64,000 nt of DNA. It comes from Stegostoma tigrinum. Its lineage: Eukaryota. The first letter of the stretch is position 1; the number at the start of each line of letters is the position of its first letter. Positions 12,427 through 25,494 of the stretch are shown here, piece after piece. The notes under the pieces are model-generated. The model made no database searches and had not been told where the DNA came from. It worked only from the letters and a program-made list of their open reading frames with translations. The translations under genes and the position numbers were made by a program. Location: contig NC_081396.1 of NCBI RefSeq assembly GCF_030684315.1, positions 1,240,001 through 1,304,000 on the forward strand, written 5' to 3'.

Positions 12427-13598
12427 CTGAATCAAATAGGTAAACACGTTCAACCAGGGAAATTGAGTTTGGGAAATGAAGAAAAGATGAAATATGCTTA
12501 GTCCAAAATTAATTTAGAGATGTTAGACACACAATCCAATCAATGAATAGCAATTTAGGACAGCAACAATAGAATAACCCTGTTCTGATTCTTAACTCGA
12601 ATAATATGCATTTTTTTTCCACACAGCTTTGGAATCATGTCCTTGAATCTCCCTGTTTGGAGAGTGTTGAGTGTCCTGTGTGATGGGGCCTGTATGATAG
12701 CAAACAGAAATGCCATCATCTTGCGAAATATCAGTAGTTTTTCCAAGTGAAAGACTGCGATTGCTGGATATGTGGTCCTGGATTATGAAATTGCGAGCTA
12801 TTTGTTGTAACCCAAAATATAACATGTCACGTGAATTATTTTATCATGTGCCAACTCTTCCTCTCAAATTCTAGTAGTTTAAAACTTGCTGCATTTAATC
12901 GTTCTCCAACCGTGTATTCCAAAATTTCGAAGAGTAGATCATTAAGTTTCTCCAAATCCTGATTTTCAACAATGGGATATTATAGACACACTAGTATAAC
13001 ACAAATTTCGAAGTAAAATTATAACGAAGTCAGTTACATTTAAATAATATGTATAATGTGTGCATAATATGAATGCATCCGGAGTCATATTTATATCGAT
13101 TGCATGTGTTGGAATTAATCAATATGAACACAGAACATAGAACAGTACATCACAAGACAGGCCCTTCGGGGGTGGGGGGCGGGGGCGCGAAGCCTGAGCT
13201 TGTACCCTAAAGATGACATCAGCAATGCTCTGATACGATATTGTTTAAAATCAATTAATTTAAACAGAATGGCTGGAATATTTATATAGAACGAAAAAGA
13301 AAACGAGTAGGACTGAAACAGAATTTGTGTTAACTCTCGTGTTGAAGTTCAACTGCATTAGATGATGCAGGAATACAGATAATAATAACGTGAAGAATAT
13401 CCTCCAGTAAATTGAGAAGCCAAACATTATCCAATTGTGACGAAGAACTGCTGATTGCCAGCAGGTGGAGACATCTTGCTCACCTGACTGTCAAATCGTC
13501 GATTTTCCCCACGATGGCACTGACGTCTGTCACTCTATCTTGGATTCTCTGAATCAATGTCTTTATCTTTTACTTAATTTCGTATGCACTCACTCATC

Positions 13599-13631
13599 TC
13601 TTTCTCTATCTCTCTCTCTCTCTCTCTCTCT
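13599..13631. repeat. (CT)n microsatellite
   Basis: Direct inspection. Confidence 0.9.
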
Positions 13632-14818
13632 GTTTCTTCCCAGCCTTTCATCAACTATCTCAATTTTTCTTTACATTTTTGTCCCTCTCTCTATCGTTTC
13701 TGCTCTCTCCCATTTTCTCCATTTTCATCTTTCATTTTTCTTTAGGATATCTATTTGCTCTCCCTGCCTCTTCACCGACCCTCTTTCCAGAATCACCTTC
13801 TACACCTGGGCATCCATCTCTTTCTCAACCTTTACATCTGTTTATCTATTTGTCTCAAGATGGCCGAAAGTCTCAAAATTCTTCAGAGTGAATGAAGTAT
13901 TTTTTGTAGTATAATCGCCGTTGTACTGTAAGATAGACTACAGCCAGAGTATGAGTAAGCAAAAAAATCCAAAACAACTAAGAATTGAGCAACATCCGGA
14001 TGATTGTATAACCTGGTTTTCCGATGTTGTCGAGTGCACAATGGCCAAATAGTTTAGAATACATCCACTTCTCTCTATAAAAATAATGCCATGAATGTTC
14101 GCATCTGCCAAAAAAGGAAGGAGTAGACGTTGTGTCACCTCTCATCTGAAAGACTGCACTAAGACATTGAAGAATTTACTCATCACATTATGAGATTGTC
14201 ATCTTAGATTTTGCACAGAAGGCCTCGAGTTACTCTACAGTCAAGGGAGACATCAACAGTTTTTGACCCATTGTGCATGTACATGTTTACATATTGTAAG
14301 GAAGTACTGTGAACTTAGAATGGACTACGTGGTGGTGAACGGTGTAGAATACAAATATCATAAATGTTGTGCAATCAAAGACAAATTCATCAAACATACC
14401 TCACGGTAATGCTTCAGCAATAACCCTCAGTGGTATGATATTCATTTAATAATTTTCGTCAGCAAAAAATCTTTTAATCTTTTATCATAATCTTTTATCA
14501 TAGGTCCTTCTTGAATAGAAGACAATAAAATAATCATATATGATGTCATCAATCTCCGTTGAAAAATCGCACAAGTCCAGCCTTTGTCACAAAATTGTAT
14601 TCCAAATTGATGTGCACCAGAGGCCATTGTCTGAATTATGGCCCTTCTCAGTCCCCAGTCTATTGGCATTTGGAACGCACTGCCTCGCTGAGATTTGACT
14701 CCACTTCCAAGATAGAGAAAACACAAGAGTCTGAATCAACACTTCGCTATTCCCAGCCGGTACTAAGATTTAGAGTCAACGAGTGAGGAATACTGTCAAG
14801 AAGGAGTGTCCATGAGAC

Positions 14819-14864
14819 TGACACGTCAGCATTGGTTTGCTCCCATGCCCACGTCAATATAAAA
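14819..14864 (+). promoter_or_regulatory. Putative V-segment promoter
   Basis: Two CACGTCA CRE/ATF half-sites (14822-14828, 14850-14856), inverted CCAAT (ATTGG 14831-14835) and TATAAAA (14858-14864), about 100 nt upstream of the leader ATG. Confidence 0.6.
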
Positions 14865-14961
14865 CAGATGTGTGCTTTGAAAACTGACACAAAGATAATG
14901 TCAATGCATCCAGAAACATCTCAACTCAAATTGATTGTCACAATACTGCGAGCACAAAGAA

Positions 14962-15380
14962 ATGGAAAATTCAATGTATGGACTCGTCATAAGTTTGTTT
15001 TTATTGAATTCCGGTAAGTGTTCCTTGCAAAAGATCATTTCCCCCTAAAAAAAACCTCCTTTTTGCCACTCCTTTGCCTTCTTGCTTCTTTGTCAACAGT
15101 GATTAGTGGAGAAGCTGCGATTGAGCAACAAGAGCAGATTGTCGCACAAGAAGGACGTTCAGTTGCAATCCGTTGTAATGCAGCCACAAGTGGCACCGAT
15201 AGCATCCACTGGTACAAACAACGAGAAAACCATGGCATGGAATTCATCCTATCTGCTATTCTTGGGAATGCTACTGAAGGGCGATTCAATCTATTTGTTG
15301 ACCCAAAAAGAAGTTATAACATTCTTAGTATTGCCAATCCAGTTCTGTCGGATGCTGGAGTTTACCACTGTGCAATGAGA
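14962..15380 (+). CDS. TRAV: T-cell receptor alpha/delta V segment V1 (leader 14962-15013, intron 15014-15099, V exon 15100-15380), open frame
   Basis: Leader MENSMYGLVISLFLLNS with phase-1 GTAAGT donor; acceptor tcaacag; VISGEAAIEQQEQIVAQEGRSVAIRCNAATSGTDSIHWYKQ...ILSIANPVLSDAGVYHCAMR followed directly by CACAGTG. Confidence 0.92.
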
Positions 15381-15419
15381 CACAGTGAGATAAAGACTGA
15401 GTGCTCCCGTACGATATCT
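15381..15419 (+). other. 23-bp-spacer recombination signal sequence of V1 (weak nonamer)
   Basis: CACAGTG (15381-15387), 23 nt, ACGATATCT (15411-15419; 5/9 match to ACAAAAACC). Confidence 0.85.
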
Positions 15420-16737
15420 ATTGCGGGTGTCTATCAGACAATGTCTACGCATCTATTTACATATTGTACAGAATTCAACTGACTTCATTTATCGGATAAT
15501 GAAAGGATTATTCACAATGTCTGAAATGATTTGGCTCATTTGTGAGACATTTTAAATGTGCTTCTTCTATTCTTTAGGGAATAATGTAGCTACAAGAACA
15601 GCTGGCACAAGAAAATATTCGTTTTCCCCCTACTCCCAGCACAGTAAGAAGAGTGAGCTCCTGTTCTTTGAATAACTGGTATCTTCACATATGGCAAAGA
15701 GAGCAGAGATTCACTAAACGTACCACTTGTATGAAGAATGTACAATAGACACAAAACTCTGGAGCCTGAAGCAGGACCTGGGTGGTACCGAATCTTTAAT
15801 TATTTTCCACTGAACGTCTTCACTCAACTGGTGTTGTTCGCTTGCAAGCTGAGTCGCATTTTGTTTTTTTTTCACTTTTTGAAGACACTGGACCATATGA
15901 TCAGACACTTCTAACATGCATGCACACGATCTGCAATTAAGAACCAACAATGCTTCTTTCCTTATGTACGTTGATACAGAATTTCTTTTGACGTAGTGGT
16001 GTTACTGCTTCAGGCCTCCAGGATTGAGTGCTGAGATGTTGCTCTTTGAGAACAGTTTAGAGAGGCGATTTGGTGGAGACAGACTAAGGCCAGAGAATCT
16101 CAAATGCGCAGAGCATGCACTAGTATAGACAAATATTCGAATATGAACTGGAGAGGCTAGTGCACTGGAACTTTGGGAAAGGAGAAGGGGAGGGGAAACG
16201 GATTTTAACCTATTTTTTCTATTGCAGACAAATGGAACCGATTGTCATTTGACAGCACAGGAAATGTGGATACCACTGTGTTTTTCTTTTTCGGTGTCCT
16301 ACACTCAAAGTGCGATTAAATGCTGAAGTTACCCAGCAACAACCAAACTTCTTCGTAGAGTTCCAGAACACCTGCAGTGATCTCTCAGATCAGTCTCCAC
16401 AAATCTGTCCTTCATTTCAGAATTTAGCAATGCAAAGTATTCTGTCAAAATGCTTAAATATTGCTTTCCTGAGCACTTCAGTTAAAGTTTTGTTAAAAGT
16501 TTTAGCACAAATCAAACATCCTTTGGCCATAATTGCAAGAATGGATATGAACCACTTTGTGAGGCCTGGACAGACGTTTGTCTGTGTAAGTCGTTTCAAT
16601 ACAAAAGGAGATATAATCAAGTTCACGCACATTATATAGAGTATACATGGAGTAGTCACAAGATTTTCAGTGTCCTCTGGGTGATTGAATGAGGGCAAGA
16701 GCAATAATCAGCTTTGACTGAAATCCACAAAAATTAA

Positions 16738-16746
16738 GTGTGTGTG

Positions 16747-16778
<32 letters not shown>
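16738..16778. repeat. (TG)n microsatellite
   Basis: Direct inspection. Confidence 0.95.
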
Positions 16779-16779
<1 letters not shown>

Positions 16780-17329
16780 AGCGATAATGATGACAAATAT
16801 GAGGCTTTATACAAAGCAATATAATAACATCGGCTGCAAGATCATAAGAATTAGTTGAAACTTCGAAATCCACGACTCCTGCACTTTGCATGATTTACAG
16901 TTAACAACAACAACCACAACCCGCATTCAACAATGTTTTTGCATCCGAAAATTAATAAAGATAACTAGGAGACTACGAGACACAAGTTGGCAAGAATTGT
17001 TTGTGGAATCTTTGTAAAACGCTTGATGACGGACAGGCAATGATTCACATTTAAAGAACGTGTACCTGAATGGCAAAAAACGATTCATTACCATTTCAAA
17101 CATCAATAAAAGAGGGAAGGCCAAAGAATCAAGATGTACAATATAAATGAAGAATTAGAATCAGATTCAACGTGACGACAAATAAGATTGCTCGAATCAA
17201 CAGTAAGCCTGAGGTTGCAGATTATTGTTGAATCAGCAAATTTGATTACATTTGCTGTGAGCGCAAAATGATGAAGAACAGTAAAAAAAGGCATGATAAT
17301 TAAATTGCAGGGAGCACAGAAACTGACCA

Positions 17330-18860
17330 TTAAACGCTCTGATGGATATTTGAAGTTTGACCTTCTTTTTAAAAAATAGTTAATAAAGAAAAATAGAGGT
17401 TCCTTCCAATTAGAATTCAAGGAAGATTTAATGGGAACAAAATGAGACATAAATAACTTTGATTCTGTCTTCATGAAAGATGATACAAATATCCTCTCAG
17501 AAATGCTAGAAAACCAAACGGTTAGTTCTTGGGTCAATTTGAAGCAAGAAAATGTTGTTGTGGGAGTAATGGGCAAATGACTGACGAATCACAAAGAGCC
17601 TTACAATTGCTAAAGGCAGTAGCATTGGAAATATTGTACGGATTGACGATCATCTTCCAAAATTCTGAAGACACTAAGTTAACGATTGGGCAAGTATTAA
17701 TATTTGCATAGCACGAGAGGTTTGGATAAATCCAGCATAGGTTTATGAAAGACAAATCATACTTAACCAATTAACTGGAGCTTTTTTTCGTGGATAAACC
17801 TATAAGTTTTGGTAAATGATGACCAGGGACTGTGGAGAGGTTAGACGTGCAGAAAACGTTTGGTAGTTTTTGATAATTGCCGAAGAGGATAGTCAGCAAA
17901 ACTAAAGCTCTTTTAGAAAAGGGCTCAATATTTTGGCATGGCTCCAGAATTCATTGGCACAAAGAAACAAAGTGTAGGAAGTTGTAAGGAGGACACAAGA
18001 GAGCATAAGAAAAGTCTTATGCAAGTTTAAGGAAGACTGTACATATGGTACATCCAGTGTAACATGTTAAATGTAAAGTTATGCACTTTGGTGTGAAAAG
18101 CACAGAGAAATAATATCATTTAAATGATGATGCTTTGGGAATTGTGAATTTACAAAGACTTTGGCTATCCATGTACATCAGCTAATGAAAATAGTAAGCA
18201 GATGCAGCAAGTAGTTAGGAAGGCGAATGGCATGTTTGCCTTCATTGCAAAAGGATTTCAGTTGAGAAGTACGGATGTCTCACTTCTGCTATTCAGGACC
18301 TTGGTACTGTCATAACTAGAGCATTGTACGCAGTTTTTGCCTCCATATCTAAGAGATGATATAGTTGCATACAAAACATGTTTAAATAGCTGGGAGCAGG
18401 GATGAAATGACTATTGTATACCAAGAAACTTGTTTGACTGGACCTATGTTTATGAGAGTTTAGAAGGATGAAAGGATAAAGAATTGAAATACACCCTATT
18501 GTACAGTGTTGGGCTGATTAGAGCCAGGTAGGATCTTTTTGTAGATGGGGAATTTCGAACTAAGGGATATCGTTTCAATATTCCAGGTAAACCATTTATA
18601 ACAGATCGCGTAGGATATCTTCAGTTAAACATTACTGAACCTGCGTAATTCCATAGCACAGAACATTCTGAAGGCTAAGCCACTGAATACCTTCTGAAAA
18701 GAGATGCATAGAGCTTTATAATTAAAAAAAATCAAGGAATGAGGACAGACAACTGGAAATTGATATTGAGATAGATGATTATCCATGGTCATGTTACATG
18801 GTGGATCAGGCTTGAAGGGCCTTGTAGCTTATCCCTGCTCTTAATCTTATGTCTGTTTAA
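17330..18860 (+). mobile_element. Heavily decayed CR1 LINE ORF2 and 3' end
   Basis: KSYLTN-like, KCKVMHFG and VVRKANGMFAFIAKGF segments; ends ...gctcttaatcttatgt like the element at 10340-11590. Confidence 0.75.
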
Positions 18861-19653
18861 ATGTTCTTCTCTCCCCAGATATATTGATGCCCGACGTCCG
18901 TGATGATTTGTCACTGCTCTAGAGCGTGAAAGTATTCTATTTCCCATTCTCTGTGTCTCAGCTTTCTGTGAATTGTCCTTCTTTCTATTCGAAACTGGTG
19001 AGAGTTTGTTGGTGACTGAGGCTCAAAGAGTCGGCTGCTTGTCTGCCTATTCATCATCAGTTAAATAACTTCTATAAAGAATAGCTCTCTTCAGCCTGAT
19101 ATGTACTTTTGGAAGTTTTATTTCTCTATTTCAGTGCGTGAAGATTCAGTTGCGACATAATTAACAGAACCAGGACAAAACAGTGAACACCTCAGACGAG
19201 ATTTACTTCTCATCCCTAGCATATCTCCTTCGGAGGTTTTTAAGATTAGTTCTCATGTCGCAGGATCGATACAAGTGGCATAATAGATAACAGGACTGCT
19301 CTTGTGAAACAAAAATGAGTTCGAAAATAGTGAAGCAACACTAATCATCATTGAACCAGAGAATTCATTTGGCACATTAACTTCTAACGTTCAATGCTGG
19401 CTTCCATTTATAGACTGCATTCTCATAGCTGCAGTAGTTAATCATTTTGTGGCATAAGAAATGTGCTAAATATATTTGTTTTTTGCTTAGTATTCACAAA
19501 GAGTTACACTCGCAGATTTAACTAATACATTTATTACGAAAGTATCTGTGTATTTACATGGAAACATATGTTATATCGTGGCAAAATTTGAATCCATTTC
19601 AGATACACTGCTTACCTCACTATTTGCTTTATGTGCTGTCATGAGGCTTCGGC

Positions 19654-19990
19654 GGTTTTTGCACTGGGTCAGAGCAGCTATGAGTCTCTATGGTCTCAGT
19701 GCGCAGAAATGTACTGCAGAACTTGTCAGGTCTGTCTTCAAAAATTTCAGCTGGATGATTCAGTATTGTCAGATGAAACTTTGAGGAAAATCTGTCCCGT
19801 GGAAATCTCTCTGCATTCCCACTGTACTGGCTTCCCTGCAGCAGAAACTCCATGGATCTGCAATAATGTAGACGGCATCAGAAGAAGCATATATCCGTAC
19901 CTAGAGTCTCTCTGAAATTTTGGTACAACTGTTCTTCATCTTCCTCAATCACGATGATGTGGTCAGTGTCTGTTCAAGTACATTGCCTCA
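19654..19990 (-). pseudogene. TCR V pseudogene with 23-RSS
   Basis: GNVLEQT/DHIIVIEEDEEQLYQNF..DICFF*CRLHYCRSMEFLLQGSQYSGNAERFPRDRFSSKF../IQLKFLKTDLTSSAVHFCALR (first Cys lost, Trp replaced by a stop, frameshifts). Heptamer CATAGAG (19692-19686), 23-nt spacer, nonamer GCAAAAACC (19662-19654). Confidence 0.88.
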
Positions 19991-20753
19991 ACAATGACCA
20001 ACAAGATCCACAGTTTAAATTAAGTTGAAAGAAATAATGTCTCTATCCATATCACTCAGAAACAACCAATAAAAATAATCCAAGGAATAGTCAGTACAGC
20101 TAAATGAATGTATTGCCCACACAATCCGGTGGGTATCATAGGAAGTGTCTGTCTACAGATTAACTGATAAGTCCAATAGCCCTAAACGGACCGTATGCAA
20201 GGACCCTAATGAGATGCAATCATTTGGAAAGTTATCTTTTGAGGATCACCTCTCTACAGCTGGAAGGGTAGTGGGACAGCCAGAAAGTGAGGAGCTACGG
20301 GTCCATGAGTGACCAAAGCCAGCACAGAGATTAAACTCGCACTGTTAGATTTATTTTAAACCTGATGGAGGATCTATTGAATAAAACATATTTTTAATGA
20401 ACTTTCAGCTCCCTCTAACGAGATCATCCTATATCCTACCTGTTGTAATTTGTTTTGAAATCTGCCTTCCATGGATGGTTTAAAATCCTGGATTTGCCAA
20501 TTTGTCTCATTGACCTCACTCTTGACTGGATTCCTAGGCTAATTTTGTCGTTCACTCCGTGACATTCTCCAACTTCTTCCAAATTTATAAGTACAAGATT
20601 TTTGGACAGGCATAGTTTGCGGCAATCATTTCCATTCAGAACAAGTGTTTTATTGCCTCTCTATTTGTTTAGATTTCAATGAGTCTAAAAACAATATTGG
20701 ACGGTTTGTGAGCCTACCAAATAGAACAGCAATGCGGAATGAACACACTTTTG

Positions 20754-21052
20754 AGGCAGCAGCTGGCTCAGTGGTTAGCACTGCTGCCTCACAGCGCTAG
20801 GGTCCAGAGTTTGGTTCCACCCTTGGTCAACTGTGTGTGGAGTTTCTCTGCATAGGTTTCCTAAGGGCGGTCCTGTTTCCTCCCACAGTCCATAGATGTG
20901 CAGGCTAGGTGCATCGGCCATGTTAAATTGCCCATAGTGCTCAGGGATGAGTGGTTTATAGGGTAATAGGGCTGGGTAAGATGCTATGAGGGTCACCGTG
21001 GACTTGTTGGGCCAAAGAGCCTGTTTCCACACTGCAGCAACTCGAGGATTCT
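20754..21052 (+). mobile_element. HE1-like tRNA-derived V-SINE, near full length
   Basis: A box TGGCTCAGTGG (20764-20774), decayed B box gtttggttcca, core ggccatgttaaattgcccatagtg, LINE-like tail gggccaaagagcctgtttccacactg. Confidence 0.88.
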
Positions 21053-21510
21053 AAGTTATTAAGAGACCTTCTTGCAGAAAGGTCATTGTGAAAGTTATCA
21101 GAACGAGTCAAAGCTGAAATTGTTTTCAACATAAGCCTGGAAGAGGTTGAATAACGTTTTGGTCTCTGCTGATTGGTTAGTTCTTCAAGAAGGTCTGACG
21201 TGCCATATTATCCGATTGCCAATTCCAGCGAAAGAGCTCACCTCAGGTCTGCTGCCATTTTTTTTTATCATGGAAGCAACGAAAAAAGAACAAGGTGAAA
21301 TTGTTCATTTGGACAGATATACAATGGTAACGCATTAACTGTTCAAATATGTCAGCAAGGCAGTGAAATATTACAGTTGATCTTGTTGGAGAATCAGAAT
21401 TGGACGGCCTAATTAACAAAGTCTTACGATAACAACTCTCTATGAGCCACAGCAGGAGACCAAGTGTTACAATGTATTTGGTTACAACATGCATATAGAG
21501 GTGCACAAGT

Positions 21511-21525
21511 ACACACACACACACT

Positions 21526-21564
<39 letters not shown>
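21511..21564. repeat. (CA)n/(CG)n compound microsatellite
   Basis: Direct inspection. Confidence 0.95.
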
Positions 21565-21570
<6 letters not shown>

Positions 21571-24500
21571 CACCCTCCACCTCAGAAATAAATTAATGTT
21601 TCATATTCTATCACCTGTCAGCGGTTGCGTGTTCCATCGATTCTAACCTTGACTTTTTCTTTTCATTGTCTCATCATCATTGAGATATTTAGGTACAATT
21701 TCACACCATCATCTCCTTCATCTTTCAGTCACTAAGGACGTATTTATGGTCAAGAAAGGAAAGGGATAGGAGACAAGTTGTTTTTCAATTTTGCCCTGGC
21801 TTCTTCAGCAGTTCCACTCAGAAGTTGATACTCTTTTTCTGCATTTTTGTACATGAAGATTCAGATGCGATAGAGTTAGGATTAGCGTTACTGCAATGCA
21901 CTGCCGTACAATGTTGTGAAAATATACAACGAACACAACTATGGTCCCCTCTGGCGGGATAAATGAGGACATATAATTTAACTCTCTGGGCATTTATAAA
22001 CTTTGTTTCTTTAGGCGCTGTGATAACAGGCCTAAGCAATTACTAATGATGGAAATATGAATGCTGTTAATGGGCTTTGTAAATTACGTCACTCTTTATT
22101 GTTTGTTCCTCTGAATTGAGTTTATATTTAATGTGCATTTTGCCCTGTTCTATTTCCTACTTATTCATATCTATTCCTCGAGTTACCTTTTTTTCATCTC
22201 TGCTCCGATGTTTCCCTTATGTGAATTCTAATTACGGGTCTGTGCTTATAACTCTGATAATTTCTTGTCAATTTTGAATCAATGTCTGATACATGCTTTA
22301 TTTTCGTGTGGTTCTCTCTGCTCTTCGATTGTCGTAACCCAGTTTGAATTTTTATAGAGAACTTCACGGTTTGCTCCTCAAGTTCTGTATGGCCCAGAGG
22401 TAGGTGACAGTGCCTGCTGCAGGCATTGTCTCATTTTGCTTTGTCCCCGTTAGAATAATCCAAATAAGCAATTGTGAGTCAGAGTTAAAATGTTATAACA
22501 AGCAATAACATTCCTGCCAGTTTAAAGATGATGACTATGTTCAGCAAATACATCTTTTGAGCACATTAAAACTGTTCCAATTCAGTATGGTTAAAATGTT
22601 CATTTCACACCGACCTTTTCATTGTTTCTGTTTATTGATTGTTCCCTGTTGTTTTAATTTTAACAAATTCTTTTTCTTTTCACTTGGACAGTACTTGGTG
22701 ATGAAGAACCTTCTTTTTCAGTGTCTTGTTGTCACATGAAACAACCACCAGATTGCAAGGAAATGACTTGACAAGAATTCTCTGCTGATATGTTTCATTT
22801 GCTGCCAGAACGCATCAATTATTTCATTTTTAAAATTGATAAAAAATGATCCACGAGCATGGACATTAATTTCATGTTCCCTTTTCTTAATTTAAAATGG
22901 CTAGAAATGACCGAAACTCATTGGAATTATGAGTCACCTGAAGACTGATGAAGATGTGTCATTTCAATGAATGGTTCGTTTTTGCTGAATGAGACGAAGG
23001 TTTCCAACTCAGAGACTAAAATTGACAGATAACCACCGACCTCTCGGTAAAAATGTTTTCCTTAATTTCCCCTCTCAACTTTCCTCTGATCATCGTAAAG
23101 CTGTATCCCCATTTCATGCACATTTCCTTCAGAGGCTCAAAACTTTCATGTCTATTCTCTCAGAGTGCTTCATTATATTTTTTGCACCTTAATTAAATCA
23201 GGACCCAGCTTTACGAGTACTTATGGAAAAATTCTAGCCACACCACGTTTGTCTCATTGCTATAATGTCTATGTTTTAACACAGCCAGGCATCTTTACAA
23301 ATAACTCTAAATTCTCCCTGAAGTATTGATATGCTTCTTGTAAAGTGGTTATAGAATTGTACAGCATGGAAACAGACCCTTCGGATGGCCCAGTCAATGC
23401 TGACCATGTTTTCAAACTAAACTGTTGCTACCTGACTGTGACTGTCCCACATCCCCTCAAGCTCTTCTTATTCCTGAACTCATCCAAATGTCATTTAAAC
23501 GATGCAACTGTACCTGCTGCCAGTTCTCTCTCAGTTCCTTCTACAGACGAACCAATGCACGTTAAAAGAAATGCCCTTCTGCCCTTTTTAATCATTTCTC
23601 CTCTCACAATGAAAATATGACCTTAGTTTTGAAGTTGTCCTCCCTACTGAAAATAGATTAGCCCAAGGATTCGTTACTGGTGTCTTACTATTTCTTAGTT
23701 CACAGTTTTCTGCAGAGCAGGGCTAACTGTATAATTATTGATAGCATAATAGATATATCAGGTACCAAGATCGTCACAGTTTCACAATCCCAACCAGTTT
23801 GTGTGTTAGTGTGTATACTTGTGCATATGTGCGTGTTTGTCTGTGTGCATGCGAGTTGCAGATAGCCAGGTGTGCTGGACAACTGGTTTTGTGATGCAGA
23901 GTAGCACCATCGAATTGGCTTTAAATTCTGTATTGAGTGACTTTAACATAAATGATTATTTTTCTCAACTCCTGTGTTCTAATACAAACTGACACAGAGA
24001 CAACATCAATATCATTTATCTCTATCTAATGCATTATCTCTGTCTAATGCGTGAAATGCCCTTTGTTCTGGTGATATGTTTTACCTGGAAATTGTCAACC
24101 AATGGAATGCCAGCCAAATAAACGTGATTTCATGATTATCATTAGACTCTTAATTCTAGTCTTTTGTTTTTAAAAATAGAATTTACACTTCAACATCTGC
24201 CGTGGCAGGATTAGAATTCTACTTGGCCATTGACTCTCATTGGTTAAAGGATTTCCTAAGCGTTTGAAGACAAAAATATAGGTACAGAGGGTGAGGTTGC
24301 TTTCAGAATGACAAACTTCGACAAATATTTTGACACAGTGAGAAGTGTTTGGGTCATATTTATTTACAATAAAGGATAATGATTTCAATGAGAAAAGCGA
24401 ATGTATTGTCACCAAATTTTAGATCATACGATATTTTGTGGGAAGGTGTGATGCGTGATTAACACAAAGAGTGTGCAGAGGCAACAGAGGGAAAATGGGG

Positions 24501-25494
24501 TGATGAAACACGTTGTACCTACAAGCATGGAATAATAAAATTTCACAGTATCGAAAGAGGAGTTCCAGGCTCCCAAAACAACAGTCTTGTTCGTCCCATT
24601 CTTCATCCTGTCTTCTCGGCCAGCTAAATTCCTCACTTTCAAATATATATCCAGCTCTCTTTTCAAACCTTCCATTGTCTCTACTACTCTCCCAGGCAAC
24701 ACATTTCAAATCCAAAAAGTTCCTGAAGTAAAGAAGTTCATTCAGCTCTCTGCTGAGGGGTATTCTTCTGGTAATAGAGAAAAGAACAGAGGTGAACCTG
24801 AAGCCCAGTCTGATTTATGCATTGTTTTCCTTTCAAAGACAGCATAGCCTGTAGTATTCCTTTATTCCTAGCAGCAGCAAGACGCAACCACACATGAGCT
24901 TCCAATAAATCTGTTGACTTTCCTCACAATGAGAAGGCTTCACCATCGTATTGTCGGTCAGAATTTGTTCATTGGAATCTGCATACGTCTTCCTGTGACT
25001 GATTGCAAATTCTGTTCCCAATTTTCCTCTGCCATAGCCTTCAGCTCTGTGTATCTTTCTTGTCCCAGCTCAAAGACCTTTATTAATGTACTTTGTATAA
25101 GAAGATCTATTTTGCCACTATGGACTGGCCTGAGAATATGAGACATTGCAAATGAACGTATGCTATTTGCTTGAGGCATGGCCGATTGGATGAATAAATG
25201 ATCATCTATGTATACGTAAGAGAATTGGGGAGCTACATGATGACTTCCAGATCCAGCTCTTCATTTCACTTAGAGAATAAATACGTTACTTCCAAGATCA
25301 ACAAATGCTGTTAATCTCTGAATAGCGGTAGGACAGGCTCCAGCGCTTCACATCTGTGCCCTTCCTGCACAATCCTGTCATGCCGATCTCACTTCCAGTT
25401 CAAGTTCTGCCCAACTTTATCATTATAACTATCTGGCTGACTTGCACTGACACCAAAATTATAGCATTCATACCTTCACACAGAATAATCAAAC

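Noticed and set aside
13465-13914. 149-aa hydrophobic ORF
   Set aside because: Product of a pyrimidine-rich tract and (CT)n repeat, with no recognisable domain.
16264-16420. MWIPLCF.. and AEVTQQQP resembling a leader and V start
   Set aside because: No intron geometry, conserved Trp, second Cys or RSS follows.
20754-20830. tRNA gene
   Set aside because: The A/B boxes belong to a SINE head that continues into a SINE core and tail.
21818-22039. Minus-strand TAVHCS plus CATGT-ACAAAAATG resembling a V end with nonamer
   Set aside because: The heptamer position (CCTAACT) is unrecognisable and the upstream sequence does not convincingly match a V.
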